Below, one piece after another: positions 49,509 to 59,343 of a DNA stretch of 64,000 nt. Within the stretch, counting starts at the first letter, position 1, and each line of letters begins with the position of its first letter. The notes beneath the pieces were generated by a model. The model was not told the DNA's origin. It ran no database searches and saw only the letters and a program-made list of their open reading frames with translations. This DNA comes from an uncultured bacterium (GTDB lineage: Bacteria; Patescibacteriota; Minisyncoccia; Phycocordibacterales; UBA9973): NCBI GenBank assembly GCA_903894565.1, contig CAITQP010000006.1:32033-96032 (forward strand), read 5' to 3'. A program made the translations under genes and the position numbers.

Positions 49509-49919
49509 ATGGCATTACAGCTCACACCAGTAAAAAAAGCAGATCGCACAGCAGTCGATTTTTCTTCAGGCGACACAGTGCGCGTCTGGGTCAAAATTCC
49601 TGAAAAAGGCAAATTTCGCCTCCAGGCTTTTGAAGGTCTCGTACTTGCTCGCAAGCACGGCACAGAAATCGGCGCGACTTTCACTGTCCGCAAAGTAGCC
49701 TCAGGTGTTGGAGTAGAGCGTATCTTTCCTCTCTTCTCACCAATGATTGATTCAATCGAGGTCATCAAGCGTTCTGGTGCTCGTCGCAGTAAACTTTACT
49801 ATGTTCGAGAGAAGGCAGTCCGCGACATCCGCAAGAAAATGAAGAGTGTCCGCGTCGTCGCAAGTGACGAAGCAGATGTTCCGGAAGTCGAAGCAGTAGC
49901 CGAGAAAACAGAAGCCTAG
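49509..49919 (+). CDS. rplS: 50S ribosomal protein L19
   Basis: [35 protein letters not shown]. Confidence 0.97.
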   Translation: MALQLTPVKKADRTAVDFSSGDTVRVWVKIPEKGKFRLQAFEGLVLARKHGTEIGATFTVRKVASGVGVERIFPLFSPMIDSIEVIKRSGARRSKLYYVREKAVRDIRKKMKSVRVVASDEADVPEVEAVAEKTEA

Positions 49920-49953
49920 TATACTAGGGAAGCTGTCCGCAAGGATGGCACAT

Positions 49954-50037
49954 GCGCAGGTGGCGAAACTGGTAGACGCACTACCTTGAGGTGGTAGCAC
50001 CCGCAAGGGTATGGAAGTTCAAGTCTTCTCCTGCGCA
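49954..50037 (+). tRNA. tRNA-Leu(GAG)
   Basis: GCGCAGG acceptor, CTACC-TTGAGGT-GGTAG, long variable arm. Confidence 0.95.
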
Positions 50038-50075
50038 CAAGGAAAATAACTCTTACATTGTAAGGGTTATTTTTT
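50035..50075 (+). repeat. junction 1: GCAC + terminator-like hairpin
   Basis: gcacaaggaaaataactcttacattgtaagggttatttttt; related copies at 51229-51268 and 55024-55064. Confidence 0.85.
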
Positions 50076-50115
50076 ATCCCTAAAACAAAGTTTGAATTTT
50101 TGATATACTAAGAAC

Positions 50116-51093
50116 ATGGAACAATTTCCTGGAAAAAATCGTCTAGAAAAGGCTACAGATTTTTTAAAAGAACAAAAAAAGAAAACCATTATATATGGTA
50201 GTCTTGTTGCTACTCTTGGAGGTCTCGCTGTCCCGGAAAAGACCCAAGCACAACAAAGTTCTGTCGACACTAGCATCTTTAAAAAAGTCGACATGAGGAA
50301 TGAATATAGATTTACCGATCAGGACTCTTTAGTAAGTGACAGTGCTTTTCGTTCAAAATTAGAATATTTTGAGAATAATCCTCATTTGATTTTAGATGAA
50401 TCAATAGACTCATTAGAAAAACAGCGTGATTGGGTTTTGGATAAAATGGATGACCCTGTGTATTTGATGCGTGCTACAAAATACGAAGGACTTTTAATTC
50501 AAGATATTAATAAAAGAAAAGAATATCTTAAGAATGCAAAGATTGTTTTTGTTGAGTCGGATAAAATTCGCTCTACTGAAGTTGGCGATGCGGCAGGACA
50601 TACATATGGATATAGAGATAATGCAATTATAGCGGTGGCCACTAAGTCTAAAAACTTGAAAAATAAAGTTCCTGTTGTTGTTCATGAATCTGCTCATGCA
50701 AGACCAACAATGTCTGCTTATGCATATAATCTTTATCAATCTGCATTTTTTCACGTCGAGGACTCAATTGCAGCTTCGAAAAATAAAACATACGGCACAC
50801 CTGATTGGGGTTTTACAGAAACATCCATGGACACAAAAGAAGAGCTTATTGCGTATCAGAAATATTTTTCTCAGGCAGAAGAATTGGATGCATCAAGACA
50901 TGTATTTGAGTACGAGATTGAAAAATTGGGTATTAAAAAATATGGAGATGAATTCACGGATGAAACTTTTGATAAGGTTTTACGCGCGATAAAAGAAGGC
51001 AAGTTGAGCAATAATGCCGTTGAATTTTTTACCCATATTAATCCAGAAGAGCATGGTAAATGGATTAAGCTTATAATGAATACGATTGCATAG
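50116..51093 (+). CDS. exported hypothetical protein with HExxH (zincin-like)
   Basis: Signal-like GSLVATLGGLAVPEKTQAQ; VVVHESAHA...EELDAS. Confidence 0.7.
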   Translation: MEQFPGKNRLEKATDFLKEQKKKTIIYGSLVATLGGLAVPEKTQAQQSSVDTSIFKKVDMRNEYRFTDQDSLVSDSAFRSKLEYFENNPHLILDESIDSLEKQRDWVLDKMDDPVYLMRATKYEGLLIQDINKRKEYLKNAKIVFVESDKIRSTEVGDAAGHTYGYRDNAIIAVATKSKNLKNKVPVVVHESAHARPTMSAYAYNLYQSAFFHVEDSIAASKNKTYGTPDWGFTETSMDTKEELIAYQKYFSQAEELDASRHVFEYEIEKLGIKKYGDEFTDETFDKVLRAIKEGKLSNNAVEFFTHINPEEHGKWIKLIMNTIA

Positions 51094-51196
51094 GAGTTTG
51101 CTGACAGATAAGAGTGATTTTTTTTACGATACTGACGATATTTTCTCAGTCCTCCATATATCCACGATAGGAAACCAAGTATGATCTGGGTTTCTA

Positions 51197-51268
51197 ATGA
51201 AATAATTCCTAACGTCGTCTAGTAGGGAGCACAACGAAAAACACCCTTACATTGTAAGGGTGTTTTTC
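51197..51268 (+). repeat. junction 2: conserved tail + GCAC + hairpin
   Basis: atgaaataattcctaacgtcgtctagtagggagcac-aacg-aaaaacacccttacattgtaagggtgttttt. Confidence 0.9.
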
Positions 51269-51308
51269 TATACAAAATTGAGGTTGGAACCTGTGTTAGA
51301 ATTTATAT

Positions 51309-51962
51309 ATGGAAGAATTTAAACCTGATTTAAACAATGCGCAACCAAAACCAGAGGAATCATCCCAGGTAAATGAAAGGCCTATTAGTCCCGAGGATTT
51401 TTTTTCAACTAAAATTGAGACCTATCGTCTTACCAAAGATAACTTCTATAAGCTCATCAAACAGCGGAATCCTGAAATGGATGACGACAAGATATGGCAA
51501 GCAAAGGGAGTTAACATGGAGATGAACGGAAAAGTTATAATACTTCTGAGAACAGATAAATACCCTGAACAGTATATGCCGTACTTGGAGACCCATGAAA
51601 AATGGGAAGCATATATTGCTCGAAAAAACGGATTTAATTTATGGGACAGATCTGTGAGGCGATACAAGGAAGACAAGGAAATTGATTCTTTGGAGGGTGA
51701 CAAGCTGAAAGAATTTTTTAAGGAGCTGGAAGTTTATAATTATGATTTTCGTCATGAATACGCAATATACAAAGAATATCAGCAAGCTCTAAGTGATGGC
51801 AGGTTGGAGGAGTATCATAAATGGTTTATGGAGCTGCGTGAGACAGAAAAATCGGGATCGAGTGAAGCAAATTTAAAGTTGATAGAGAATGACACCAACA
51901 TACGAGAATCAATCTATAAAAAACTAACTGAAGGCGGTACTCATATATTTACGCGTAATTAG
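51309..51962 (+). CDS. hypothetical protein
   Basis: 217-aa ORF; HEKWE and RHEYA motifs. Confidence 0.7.
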   Translation: MEEFKPDLNNAQPKPEESSQVNERPISPEDFFSTKIETYRLTKDNFYKLIKQRNPEMDDDKIWQAKGVNMEMNGKVIILLRTDKYPEQYMPYLETHEKWEAYIARKNGFNLWDRSVRRYKEDKEIDSLEGDKLKEFFKELEVYNYDFRHEYAIYKEYQQALSDGRLEEYHKWFMELRETEKSGSSEANLKLIENDTNIRESIYKKLTEGGTHIFTRN

Positions 51963-52233
51963 TAATCGGTGCAGACGATATTTTTTCAGCTCTCCATAGA
52001 TCCACAATAAAAATGCTTCAATAGTGATTGTTTCTTGTTCGACTGGAAAAGCTCACGGAATAGCTCAACATATTTCGAAAACATATGACACGGGCGTGGT
52101 CGGTCCGAAAGTGACGACAAGTCTCAGGAGTCTCAGCGCTTCTTTCGATGAAGAAGGGAAAATAAAAATCGATGGGACATACCAGGAGGAAAAAGGCATA
52201 GACCCCAAGCAAGTATATTCAAAAGGAAGACCA

Positions 52234-53010
52234 TTATAAACTTTTATGTAATCTCTGAGCTTCAGCCCAAGCAAGTTCATATATTTTTTTCATAGCATCA
52301 GCAATCTCAGTACTTTCAATAATGATGCCAAGCTTTTCTCTCCACGAAGCTATCATGACTTTGTTGTCATAGATATTGATTTCTGGATGGAATCCAAATT
52401 GACTTGAGGGCACTATCAATGATTGACGGAGTTCTTGTTTGTCTAAGCTTGCTCGTTCTCGAGCATCAGCAGATTCAGGGAAAATTGCTCGGATTGAGAT
52501 TCCTTTCTTTGCGCGTCGTTTATAGTAGTCAGGAAAATAATGGGGCAGGGTAGGCTTTATATCCTCTACACTGGCGAAAGCTCGAATTTCTTCATGTGAA
52601 GTCAGAGTGTCTTCGTACACTTTTTGCAGACCTTCTTTTCCTTCGTAAAAAAGTACTTTCGGGCGGTTGTTTATATTGTGTATTGATTTCAATTCGGGAA
52701 TGACAAGACGCGCCTCTTCAAGATATTTTTTTTGCTTTTCTAATTGCTCTGATATAAGAACCTCGATCTTATCGGGAGATTCTGCTACGAACTCTTGTTT
52801 CGGTTCTTTGCCGGATACCTGAACAAGCCCTTTCGCGGTGAGGGAGGCGAGCACATGGTAACCACTTGGACGATTTATTCCAGCTTTTCTTGAGATCTGA
52901 GTGACACTACCCGCGCCTAATTCTAAAAGAGCTATATATACAAGGATTTCTTTTTCACTAAAACCAATGAATTCAAGGCTTTTTTCGATGTGTAAGGTTT
53001 GGTTAGACAT
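52234..53010 (-). CDS. TrmB-family transcriptional regulator
   Basis: GFSEKEILVY...INRPSGYHVL, RPKVLFYEGKEG. Confidence 0.87.
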   Translation of the reverse strand: MSNQTLHIEKSLEFIGFSEKEILVYIALLELGAGSVTQISRKAGINRPSGYHVLASLTAKGLVQVSGKEPKQEFVAESPDKIEVLISEQLEKQKKYLEEARLVIPELKSIHNINNRPKVLFYEGKEGLQKVYEDTLTSHEEIRAFASVEDIKPTLPHYFPDYYKRRAKKGISIRAIFPESADARERASLDKQELRQSLIVPSSQFGFHPEINIYDNKVMIASWREKLGIIIESTEIADAMKKIYELAWAEAQRLHKSL

Positions 53011-53193
53011 AATATAAGTATATAGGAAAGGATAGTTATTTGTCAACAACTATCAACAGAATTTTAATCTAACTTAAATACACATACAAATTAAGGCTAT
53101 TTAGCAAGTATATTGATTATACTTATTGACAATATGTATATTATATATATAATATGGTCGAATTTTGTTAACTTTTAAAACCAAATAAGACAA

Positions 53194-54951
53194 ATGAAAA
53201 AAGCAAAAAGTATCATCGGAAACGCTGTACAGCGTATGGGGATAATCATATGTATTATCTCAGTTGCCCTCATGGGTATGTCGTTCACTCCTGAGAAAGT
53301 ACTTGTGCTTTCGGGGAGTGGGTATGAAATGAGTATAGAGCATTATTTACCATCAGGAGAACGCGTTCGTGTTCCTAACGGATGTAAGCGCGAAGTCGTC
53401 GGATTTGACTCTTGTATGTCAGCTGTTCGTTTGTGGGGAAGTGGATGGACTACAAATACCCGACATTCAGAAAAAAGGATTAAGGTGGGATTTAAATCGT
53501 CTTATTTTAAAAGACAGGAGAAGATGCTATTCGCTGTTGCTCCTGTTCTTGGACTAAGGCAAAAGCGTATCCTAGTCATTCATTTAAAATACCCGTATGG
53601 AAAATCTCAAATTTACATGGGTGGTTCAACTATCTCTGTTATGGCGCGATTTAAACACATGGGTTACGAGGTTGATTATCTCGACTTAAATTTTGATCCT
53701 ACTCCTGGTGATGATATTGGTTCATTTCACAAAGCCAAAAATGCTGACATTATTGCAATCTCTGTGACTGGGGCGCCGTATGTTCCTTCACTTATTGATT
53801 TGACCTGGGAGCTCTCTCACTTTGGTCGGGGGAAGCAGATACTACTTGGTGGGCAGGTAATTGAAAGACTTGATTCTGCGCAATTCGAATCTCTTTTCGG
53901 TAGTAAAATGTTTGGCAATGTGAAGCAAATTGTAACAGACGCTGATTTTGCAAAAGCACTTGATTGTACTGTCGGTGAGTTGCCGAACCCGTACGCCATA
54001 TCTTTTGTTCCTGCATGGGAAAGTATTGGTAACGAGCGACTCAAGAAATATCTCTCAAACGAGATGACACTGGTTCTTTCGCAAGGGTGTCACTTTCAGT
54101 GTGCGTTCTGCGCTGCGAGTAAGGCCGAGAGGGAGAAATTCAAAATGATGGATTGCTTCTCAACAGATCTTTTGTTTTTGACTTCAAAAGCAAAAGAATT
54201 TGGCCTAAAGGAATTACAGTTCTACGCAACATCTTTGGATTTTTTTCAGAATCCTAAAATTGTAGCGGGTTACCTTGAGGAAGTGGGGAGGATTCAGTCA
54301 GAAACAGGAATCAAGATTAAGATTCGCTGTCTATGTTGCGCTTCTTCATTTCTGCACGCTGCGAAGGTTGTGGGTGAACTGCGGCTTAAGACGTTGATAC
54401 AGGAATCAGGGCTATGGTGTATTGGTTTTGGAGTGGATGGAGCGGACGCAGATGTCTGGAAAGCTCAAAAGAAGCGTCAGAACAATCTTAATGAAATTAA
54501 GGACTGCCTCGATCTCGCTACAAGAATGAATATACGCTCTGAGATCTTGCTTGTTATGGGTTTTCCTCAGGATACCCTAAAGACCCTCGCAAAATGCGTT
54601 ATCAATTCAGTACGATATGTTTCGCATTGGCCAAACATAATGCTCAGACCGTATCTTGCAAAGGAGCTTGTTCCTGGTAACGACGGATGGAAATCCGGCA
54701 ATCCCGCCGTGAATACTTTTATCTCAGACCCTAAGAAATTCTACAATTTGGATTTCTGTGCGATTGGCTCGAAGAGTACACATCCGAGTTTCATGCATCG
54801 TATGTGGAGTAATCTTTCCTACCTGACTATTATCGGCATCTTTACTCCGTTAGGTAAGTGTTGCACGTCTCCATTATTACCACAGGGCGATGCAGGTCTG
54901 TATGGAAGGTTCGCAAAGTTCTTTAATCGCATCGTTCCGATGGACCGTTAA
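53194..54951 (+). CDS. B12-binding radical SAM protein with N-terminal extension (alternative start 53524)
   Basis: SQGCHFQCAFC (CxxxCxxC); B12-domain-like DIIAISVT...ILLGG. Confidence 0.8.
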   Translation: MKKAKSIIGNAVQRMGIIICIISVALMGMSFTPEKVLVLSGSGYEMSIEHYLPSGERVRVPNGCKREVVGFDSCMSAVRLWGSGWTTNTRHSEKRIKVGFKSSYFKRQEKMLFAVAPVLGLRQKRILVIHLKYPYGKSQIYMGGSTISVMARFKHMGYEVDYLDLNFDPTPGDDIGSFHKAKNADIIAISVTGAPYVPSLIDLTWELSHFGRGKQILLGGQVIERLDSAQFESLFGSKMFGNVKQIVTDADFAKALDCTVGELPNPYAISFVPAWESIGNERLKKYLSNEMTLVLSQGCHFQCAFCAASKAEREKFKMMDCFSTDLLFLTSKAKEFGLKELQFYATSLDFFQNPKIVAGYLEEVGRIQSETGIKIKIRCLCCASSFLHAAKVVGELRLKTLIQESGLWCIGFGVDGADADVWKAQKKRQNNLNEIKDCLDLATRMNIRSEILLVMGFPQDTLKTLAKCVINSVRYVSHWPNIMLRPYLAKELVPGNDGWKSGNPAVNTFISDPKKFYNLDFCAIGSKSTHPSFMHRMWSNLSYLTIIGIFTPLGKCCTSPLLPQGDAGLYGRFAKFFNRIVPMDR

Positions 54952-54991
54952 ATTAATCTATTCCAACAGCCCCGATTTCTCGGGGCTGTTT

Positions 54992-55064
54992 ATGAAATAA
55001 TTCCTAATCTCGTCTAGTAGGGAGCACTACAAAAAATAACTCTTATTTATAAGGGTTATTTTTT
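54992..55064 (+). repeat. junction 3: conserved tail + GCAC + hairpin
   Basis: atgaaataattcctaatctcgtctagtagggagcac-tac-aaaaaataactcttatttataagggttattttt. Confidence 0.9.
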
Positions 55065-55768
55065 TACTGCCCAATACCCGCGTATTCGTTTTCTATAAAT
55101 GAATACAAATGGGCATCATTGAATCGGTCGAGTTTTACTCCGTTTGCCGGACAGAGGTCACAACGACTCATAAGGTCGGACAATACTTGTATTCTCGATG
55201 CAGAAGTATTTTCGAGCGAACGGAAATAGAGGTCCCTCGTTTTTCCACGGAGCTCGATATACTCATTAGCAAAAGTTGCAAGTTGTGCCTCGCTTAGTAC
55301 GTTCAGTGCGAATAACTCGGAGGTAAATTTTCTGCTTTTTGATTTTCTGATTACCTTCTCCACAGTTCGTGGATCCGTAAGATACTGAGATTCGAGTATC
55401 TTTTTTAAGAGGGGATTTGGAGACGTTCTGCCGTTGGATCGGGAGAAGACTGCGTCCATGAGGTCATAAAACCCATTCGGGGTTTCATGGTAAAGTCCGC
55501 CAGAATATTTGTATTCCATACCGGGCTTTAGGAGAGCACTTACCTTACAAGCAAGTCGAGCGAGGTCGTTCGCTTCCATTGTTTTGTAATGCCGAACTAG
55601 GAGCTCGGCTATGAGATCTGGACACTCACTTGCGTCCGCGATTGCAACAATGTCCGGTGTTTCCGCGTCTTTTGTAAGAGCGATTACCACTGACTTAAGG
55701 GTTACGTTCGAATTTTCGAACCCCTTGATCTTCTTTAATGTCGAGAAAATACTTACTACCGTATGCAT
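55064..55768 (-). CDS. hypothetical protein
   Basis: 234-aa ORF, no recognised motif. Confidence 0.6.
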   Translation of the reverse strand: MHTVVSIFSTLKKIKGFENSNVTLKSVVIALTKDAETPDIVAIADASECPDLIAELLVRHYKTMEANDLARLACKVSALLKPGMEYKYSGGLYHETPNGFYDLMDAVFSRSNGRTSPNPLLKKILESQYLTDPRTVEKVIRKSKSRKFTSELFALNVLSEAQLATFANEYIELRGKTRDLYFRSLENTSASRIQVLSDLMSRCDLCPANGVKLDRFNDAHLYSFIENEYAGIGQ

Positions 55769-56029
55769 ATGGAGTTGTTAGAGAATGTTTAAAAATGAAA
55801 ACCCTGTCCCAAAACAATTGGGACAGGGTTACGTTCGAGCTCGAGTGTTGCTACGAATACAATCCTTTCCCAACTGAAGAGGGAAAGTGGCGATGGCTTT
55901 TGAGTATTTTCGGTGTGCCTTCTGTAAACATAGGACAACTTTAGCAAATCAAATTACTTTAGTCAAGTAAAGTAATTTTGGCTGCCGTGTGTGCTTATAG
56001 TTGAAGCCTAGAGCTGGTATACTTCACTT

Positions 56030-56386
56030 ATGGAGGAATTAACCACAGAAGAAAAAAGAGTCATCCTTGAAAAGGGCACAGAAGCTCCATTTACGGGGGA
56101 GTATGTGAACACCAAGGAAACTGGTGTGTATGTGTGTCGCCAGTGTGGCGCGCCGCTCTATGATTCAAAAGACAAATTTGAATCGACTTGTGGTTGGCCG
56201 AGTTTTGATGACGAGATCGCTGGTGCAGTACACAAAAATATTGATGCTGATGGTATGCGTACTGAAATTACGTGCGCGAAATGCGGGGGACATCTTGGCC
56301 ATGTATTCAAAGGGGAGCATTTAACAGAAAAGGATATTCGTCACTGTGTGAATTCGATTTCACTTCGATTTATCCCTGGGAAATAA
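56030..56386 (+). CDS. msrB: methionine-R-sulfoxide reductase
   Basis: [27 protein letters not shown]. Confidence 0.95.
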   Translation: MEELTTEEKRVILEKGTEAPFTGEYVNTKETGVYVCRQCGAPLYDSKDKFESTCGWPSFDDEIAGAVHKNIDADGMRTEITCAKCGGHLGHVFKGEHLTEKDIRHCVNSISLRFIPGK

Positions 56387-56389
56387 TAT

Positions 56390-56878
56390 ATGATACAAAA
56401 AGCTGTATTCGCGGGAGGATGTTTTTGGGGGTTGCAGGATTTGATTCGCACACAACCAGGAGTTGTTTCGACGCGTGTGGGGTATACCGGTGGAAGCATT
56501 CCAAACCCGACATTCGAACGCCATACCGGGCACGCCGAGGCTGTGGAGATCACCTACGATACAGAAAAAACATCGTACAAAAAACTGCTTGATTTTTTCT
56601 TTCAGATACATAATCCGACCACACTGAATCAGCAAGGGAACGATCGTGGTACTTCGTACCGCTCCGCTATTTTCTATGCAAATGATGAGGAAAAGCAAGA
56701 AGCTGAATCTTTTATCAAAATCGTAAATGATTCAAAGCGTTGGAAAGACCCAGTTGTTACAACGCTCGAACCACTCACCGAGTTTTATCTCGCCGAAGAC
56801 TATCACCAAGATTATCTACAGAAGCATCCAGGTGGCTATACCTGTCATGCAATTTGGTTTGAGAGTTATCTCGCATAA
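56390..56878 (+). CDS. msrA: methionine-S-sulfoxide reductase
   Basis: [21 protein letters not shown]. Confidence 0.95.
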   Translation: MIQKAVFAGGCFWGLQDLIRTQPGVVSTRVGYTGGSIPNPTFERHTGHAEAVEITYDTEKTSYKKLLDFFFQIHNPTTLNQQGNDRGTSYRSAIFYANDEEKQEAESFIKIVNDSKRWKDPVVTTLEPLTEFYLAEDYHQDYLQKHPGGYTCHAIWFESYLA

Positions 56879-56887
56879 AAAAGGAGA

Positions 56888-56923
56888 ACAAAGCCCGCCG
56901 GAGATATCTCCGGCGGGCTTTGT
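56888..56923 (+). terminator. msrBA terminator
   Basis: acaaagcccgccggag-atat-ctccggcgggctttgt. Confidence 0.8.
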
Positions 56924-56987
56924 TGACAGGGGAGACAGAACCCTGTATATTGTTAGTATAACTAATAGTTAGATAAACTAACAATAT
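56923..56987 (+). promoter_or_regulatory. sigma70 promoter with overlapping palindromic operator (likely MarR sites)
   Basis: TTGACA-17 bp-TATATT; TTAGT-ATA-ACTAA and GTTAG-ATAAA-CTAAC inside an outer ATATTGTTAGT/ACTAACAATAT inverted repeat. Confidence 0.7.
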
Positions 56988-56991
56988 TGCC

Positions 56992-57411
56992 ATGTCACTA
57001 CCAAACCAATCATTCCTCGAGGATCTGATCCTCACCTTTCGAAGGAAAATTCTCGAGAGCATGAGAACAGAATCGTTGAAACACGATCTATCGTTCTCTC
57101 AAACTGAAATTCTTCGGTTCATTGGCCTCAATGAACAAAAGACAATGAAGAGCATCGCCGATCATTTAAAGATCACTCCTCCCTCAGCAAGTGTACTTGT
57201 CGCTCAAATGGAGAAGCGGGGGCTGGTTCGAAGAAGGAGCGATCCTATTGATCGCCGAATTGTTTGGATCACGCTCGTACCGAAGACCAAGAAATTGATC
57301 GACAGTGCCTGCAAAAAGAAACAACTCATCTTTAAAGGAATGCTTTCGAAATTGACTGAGAAAGACCAAAAAGAACTTGAGCGAATTATCAATATCCTTA
57401 TTAAAGAATAA
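56992..57411 (+). CDS. MarR family regulator
   Basis: IADHLKITPPSAS...GLVRR..DPIDRRIV. Confidence 0.92.
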   Translation: MSLPNQSFLEDLILTFRRKILESMRTESLKHDLSFSQTEILRFIGLNEQKTMKSIADHLKITPPSASVLVAQMEKRGLVRRRSDPIDRRIVWITLVPKTKKLIDSACKKKQLIFKGMLSKLTEKDQKELERIINILIKE

Positions 57412-57430
57412 ATAGTAGTAATCAGTATTT

Positions 57431-58687
57431 ATGAACACATCACTTATCCATCAACCAAAGAAAGTTATTGCCATTTCACTCGTGCTCGCACTTGTGATTG
57501 GTATTTTTGTATACGTTCGGATTAATCGTGCTCCATCGTACACATTTGTCACGGTAACGAGTGGTAAGATTAGCGGCACAGAAGGAGGCACGGCTCGTCA
57601 GAGTAATTTTAGTCTCGGATTTCTCGCGAGTGGGCGAATTCAAACGGTCGCAGTAAAGACTGGTGATATGGTCAGTACCGGACAGGTTCTCGCTACGCTT
57701 GATGCAGGGAACGCACTTGGTATACTCGCACAGGCAAAAGCTGCTCTCTCAAGTGCTGAAGCAAATTACCAGAAAATTATAAATGGAGCGACAAGTCCGG
57801 CCATTGACGTTGCAAAAGCCGCGGTCAACACTGCTCAAGTGAATGTTGATCAAACCGCGAAACAACAGGATGTTCTTGTTTCAAACGCATACAAAAATCT
57901 TTTGAATTCGACACCAGAAGCGGTTCCTGTGACGAGTGGCAACACTGACACAACTGCTCCTGTGCTTTCAGGTAGCTATACTCTTGGGCAAGAGGGGACA
58001 ATGACTATTAATACATACTCGACTGGTGACGGAGCATATTTTAGTGTTTCAGGTCTTGTGAGCGCTTCGGGTATTGTTTCAAAAACAGTTGCTGAGCCAA
58101 TTGGAAACTCTGGACTTTTGATAAAGTTTCCATCTGGTTTCGGTTCAACCACGAGTTGGACAATTTCTATACCAAACACAAACGCTGCGAATTATCTCTC
58201 AAATTTTAATGCGTATCAGACTGCGCTTCAGTCCAAGAGTCAGGTGACAGCAGGAGCGCAGGCTACACTTGATCAGGCGAAAGCGTCACTTGCAGCTCTT
58301 GTTGCGACAGCACGACCAGAAGATATCGCTACAGCAAAAGCTCAAGTTGATACGGCGCAAGGTGCAGTTACGATCGCGCAAGCTTCATACGGAAATACTG
58401 TGATCACTGCTCCGAGCGCAGGTACTGTTACTTCTGTCGCTATTACTGTTGGTCAAATCGCAACGCCAAATATACCAGTGATTCAAATGCTGGGTACCAG
58501 TATCACAAAAGATGTTACTGCAATGATCCCAAACACAGCAATCTATACTCGTGATGGTGTGTCATACGTACACAAAAAATCAGGAAGTGGGGTCGTCGAG
58601 GTGCCTGTCGTTACCGGTATAACTGATGGTACACATATGGAGATCGTGAGTGGATTAACAATTAGTGATGCAGTCGTTACTCAATAA
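57431..58687 (+). CDS. membrane fusion (HlyD/RND adaptor-like) protein with an inserted beta-rich domain
   Basis: Lipoyl-like halves SGRIQTVAVKTGD and ITAPSAGTV; coiled coils. Confidence 0.8.
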   Translation: MNTSLIHQPKKVIAISLVLALVIGIFVYVRINRAPSYTFVTVTSGKISGTEGGTARQSNFSLGFLASGRIQTVAVKTGDMVSTGQVLATLDAGNALGILAQAKAALSSAEANYQKIINGATSPAIDVAKAAVNTAQVNVDQTAKQQDVLVSNAYKNLLNSTPEAVPVTSGNTDTTAPVLSGSYTLGQEGTMTINTYSTGDGAYFSVSGLVSASGIVSKTVAEPIGNSGLLIKFPSGFGSTTSWTISIPNTNAANYLSNFNAYQTALQSKSQVTAGAQATLDQAKASLAALVATARPEDIATAKAQVDTAQGAVTIAQASYGNTVITAPSAGTVTSVAITVGQIATPNIPVIQMLGTSITKDVTAMIPNTAIYTRDGVSYVHKKSGSGVVEVPVVTGITDGTHMEIVSGLTISDAVVTQ

Positions 58688-58698
58688 GAAATACTTTT

Positions 58699-59340
58699 AT
58701 GCAAGAACAAGAAACAAAAAAAGAATCAATTTTGAAGAAGCCATGGTTCCAGAGTGTTACGGCTCTTGTCGTTATTTTCGGAACATTACTCGTGTTTATT
58801 TTTTGGCAAACTGGTCGCAACACAGTTTTGATTGAAAACTCAATACTCCAAGCTCCTGTCATTTCACTCTCACCAATGACTCCTGGGGTATTGAATGCGC
58901 TCTATGTGAAAGAAGGAGATCATGTCGCGCCGAACACTCAGATCGCACTCGTGGGCTCACAAGTTATTACTGCCCAAGAAGACGGTGTTATTTTTTCAGC
59001 ATCGAATGTTATCGGCACCTATTTTGCACCGGGACAACCTGTTGTTTCGATGGTAAAGACAGGGGAGATGAAAGTCGTCGGAACTATTGACGAGACAAAG
59101 GGATTGAAAGACATTGCTGGGGGTCAGCTCGCTACCTTTACAGTCGACGCATATCCAGGCAAGAAATATGTTGGCGTTGTTGATTCAGTAAGTGCTGCTG
59201 CAGATAATACTGGAGTGGTATTTTCAATCTCTGACAAACGTCCTATCCAGAAATTTGATGTGAAGGTTCGTTTTGATACAACAGCATATCCTGAACTCAA
59301 GAGTGGAATGTCTGCGAAGATCACGGTCAGTACAAAATAA
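58699..59340 (+). CDS. EmrA/HlyD-like adaptor lacking a long helical hairpin
   Basis: YVKEGDHV, TVDAYPGKKYVGVV, LKSGMSA. Confidence 0.8.
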   Translation: MQEQETKKESILKKPWFQSVTALVVIFGTLLVFIFWQTGRNTVLIENSILQAPVISLSPMTPGVLNALYVKEGDHVAPNTQIALVGSQVITAQEDGVIFSASNVIGTYFAPGQPVVSMVKTGEMKVVGTIDETKGLKDIAGGQLATFTVDAYPGKKYVGVVDSVSAAADNTGVVFSISDKRPIQKFDVKVRFDTTAYPELKSGMSAKITVSTK

Positions 59341-59343
59341 TTC

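Noticed and set aside
50035-55064. 36-bp repeats as a CRISPR array
   Set aside because: Spacing is kilobases and contains whole genes.
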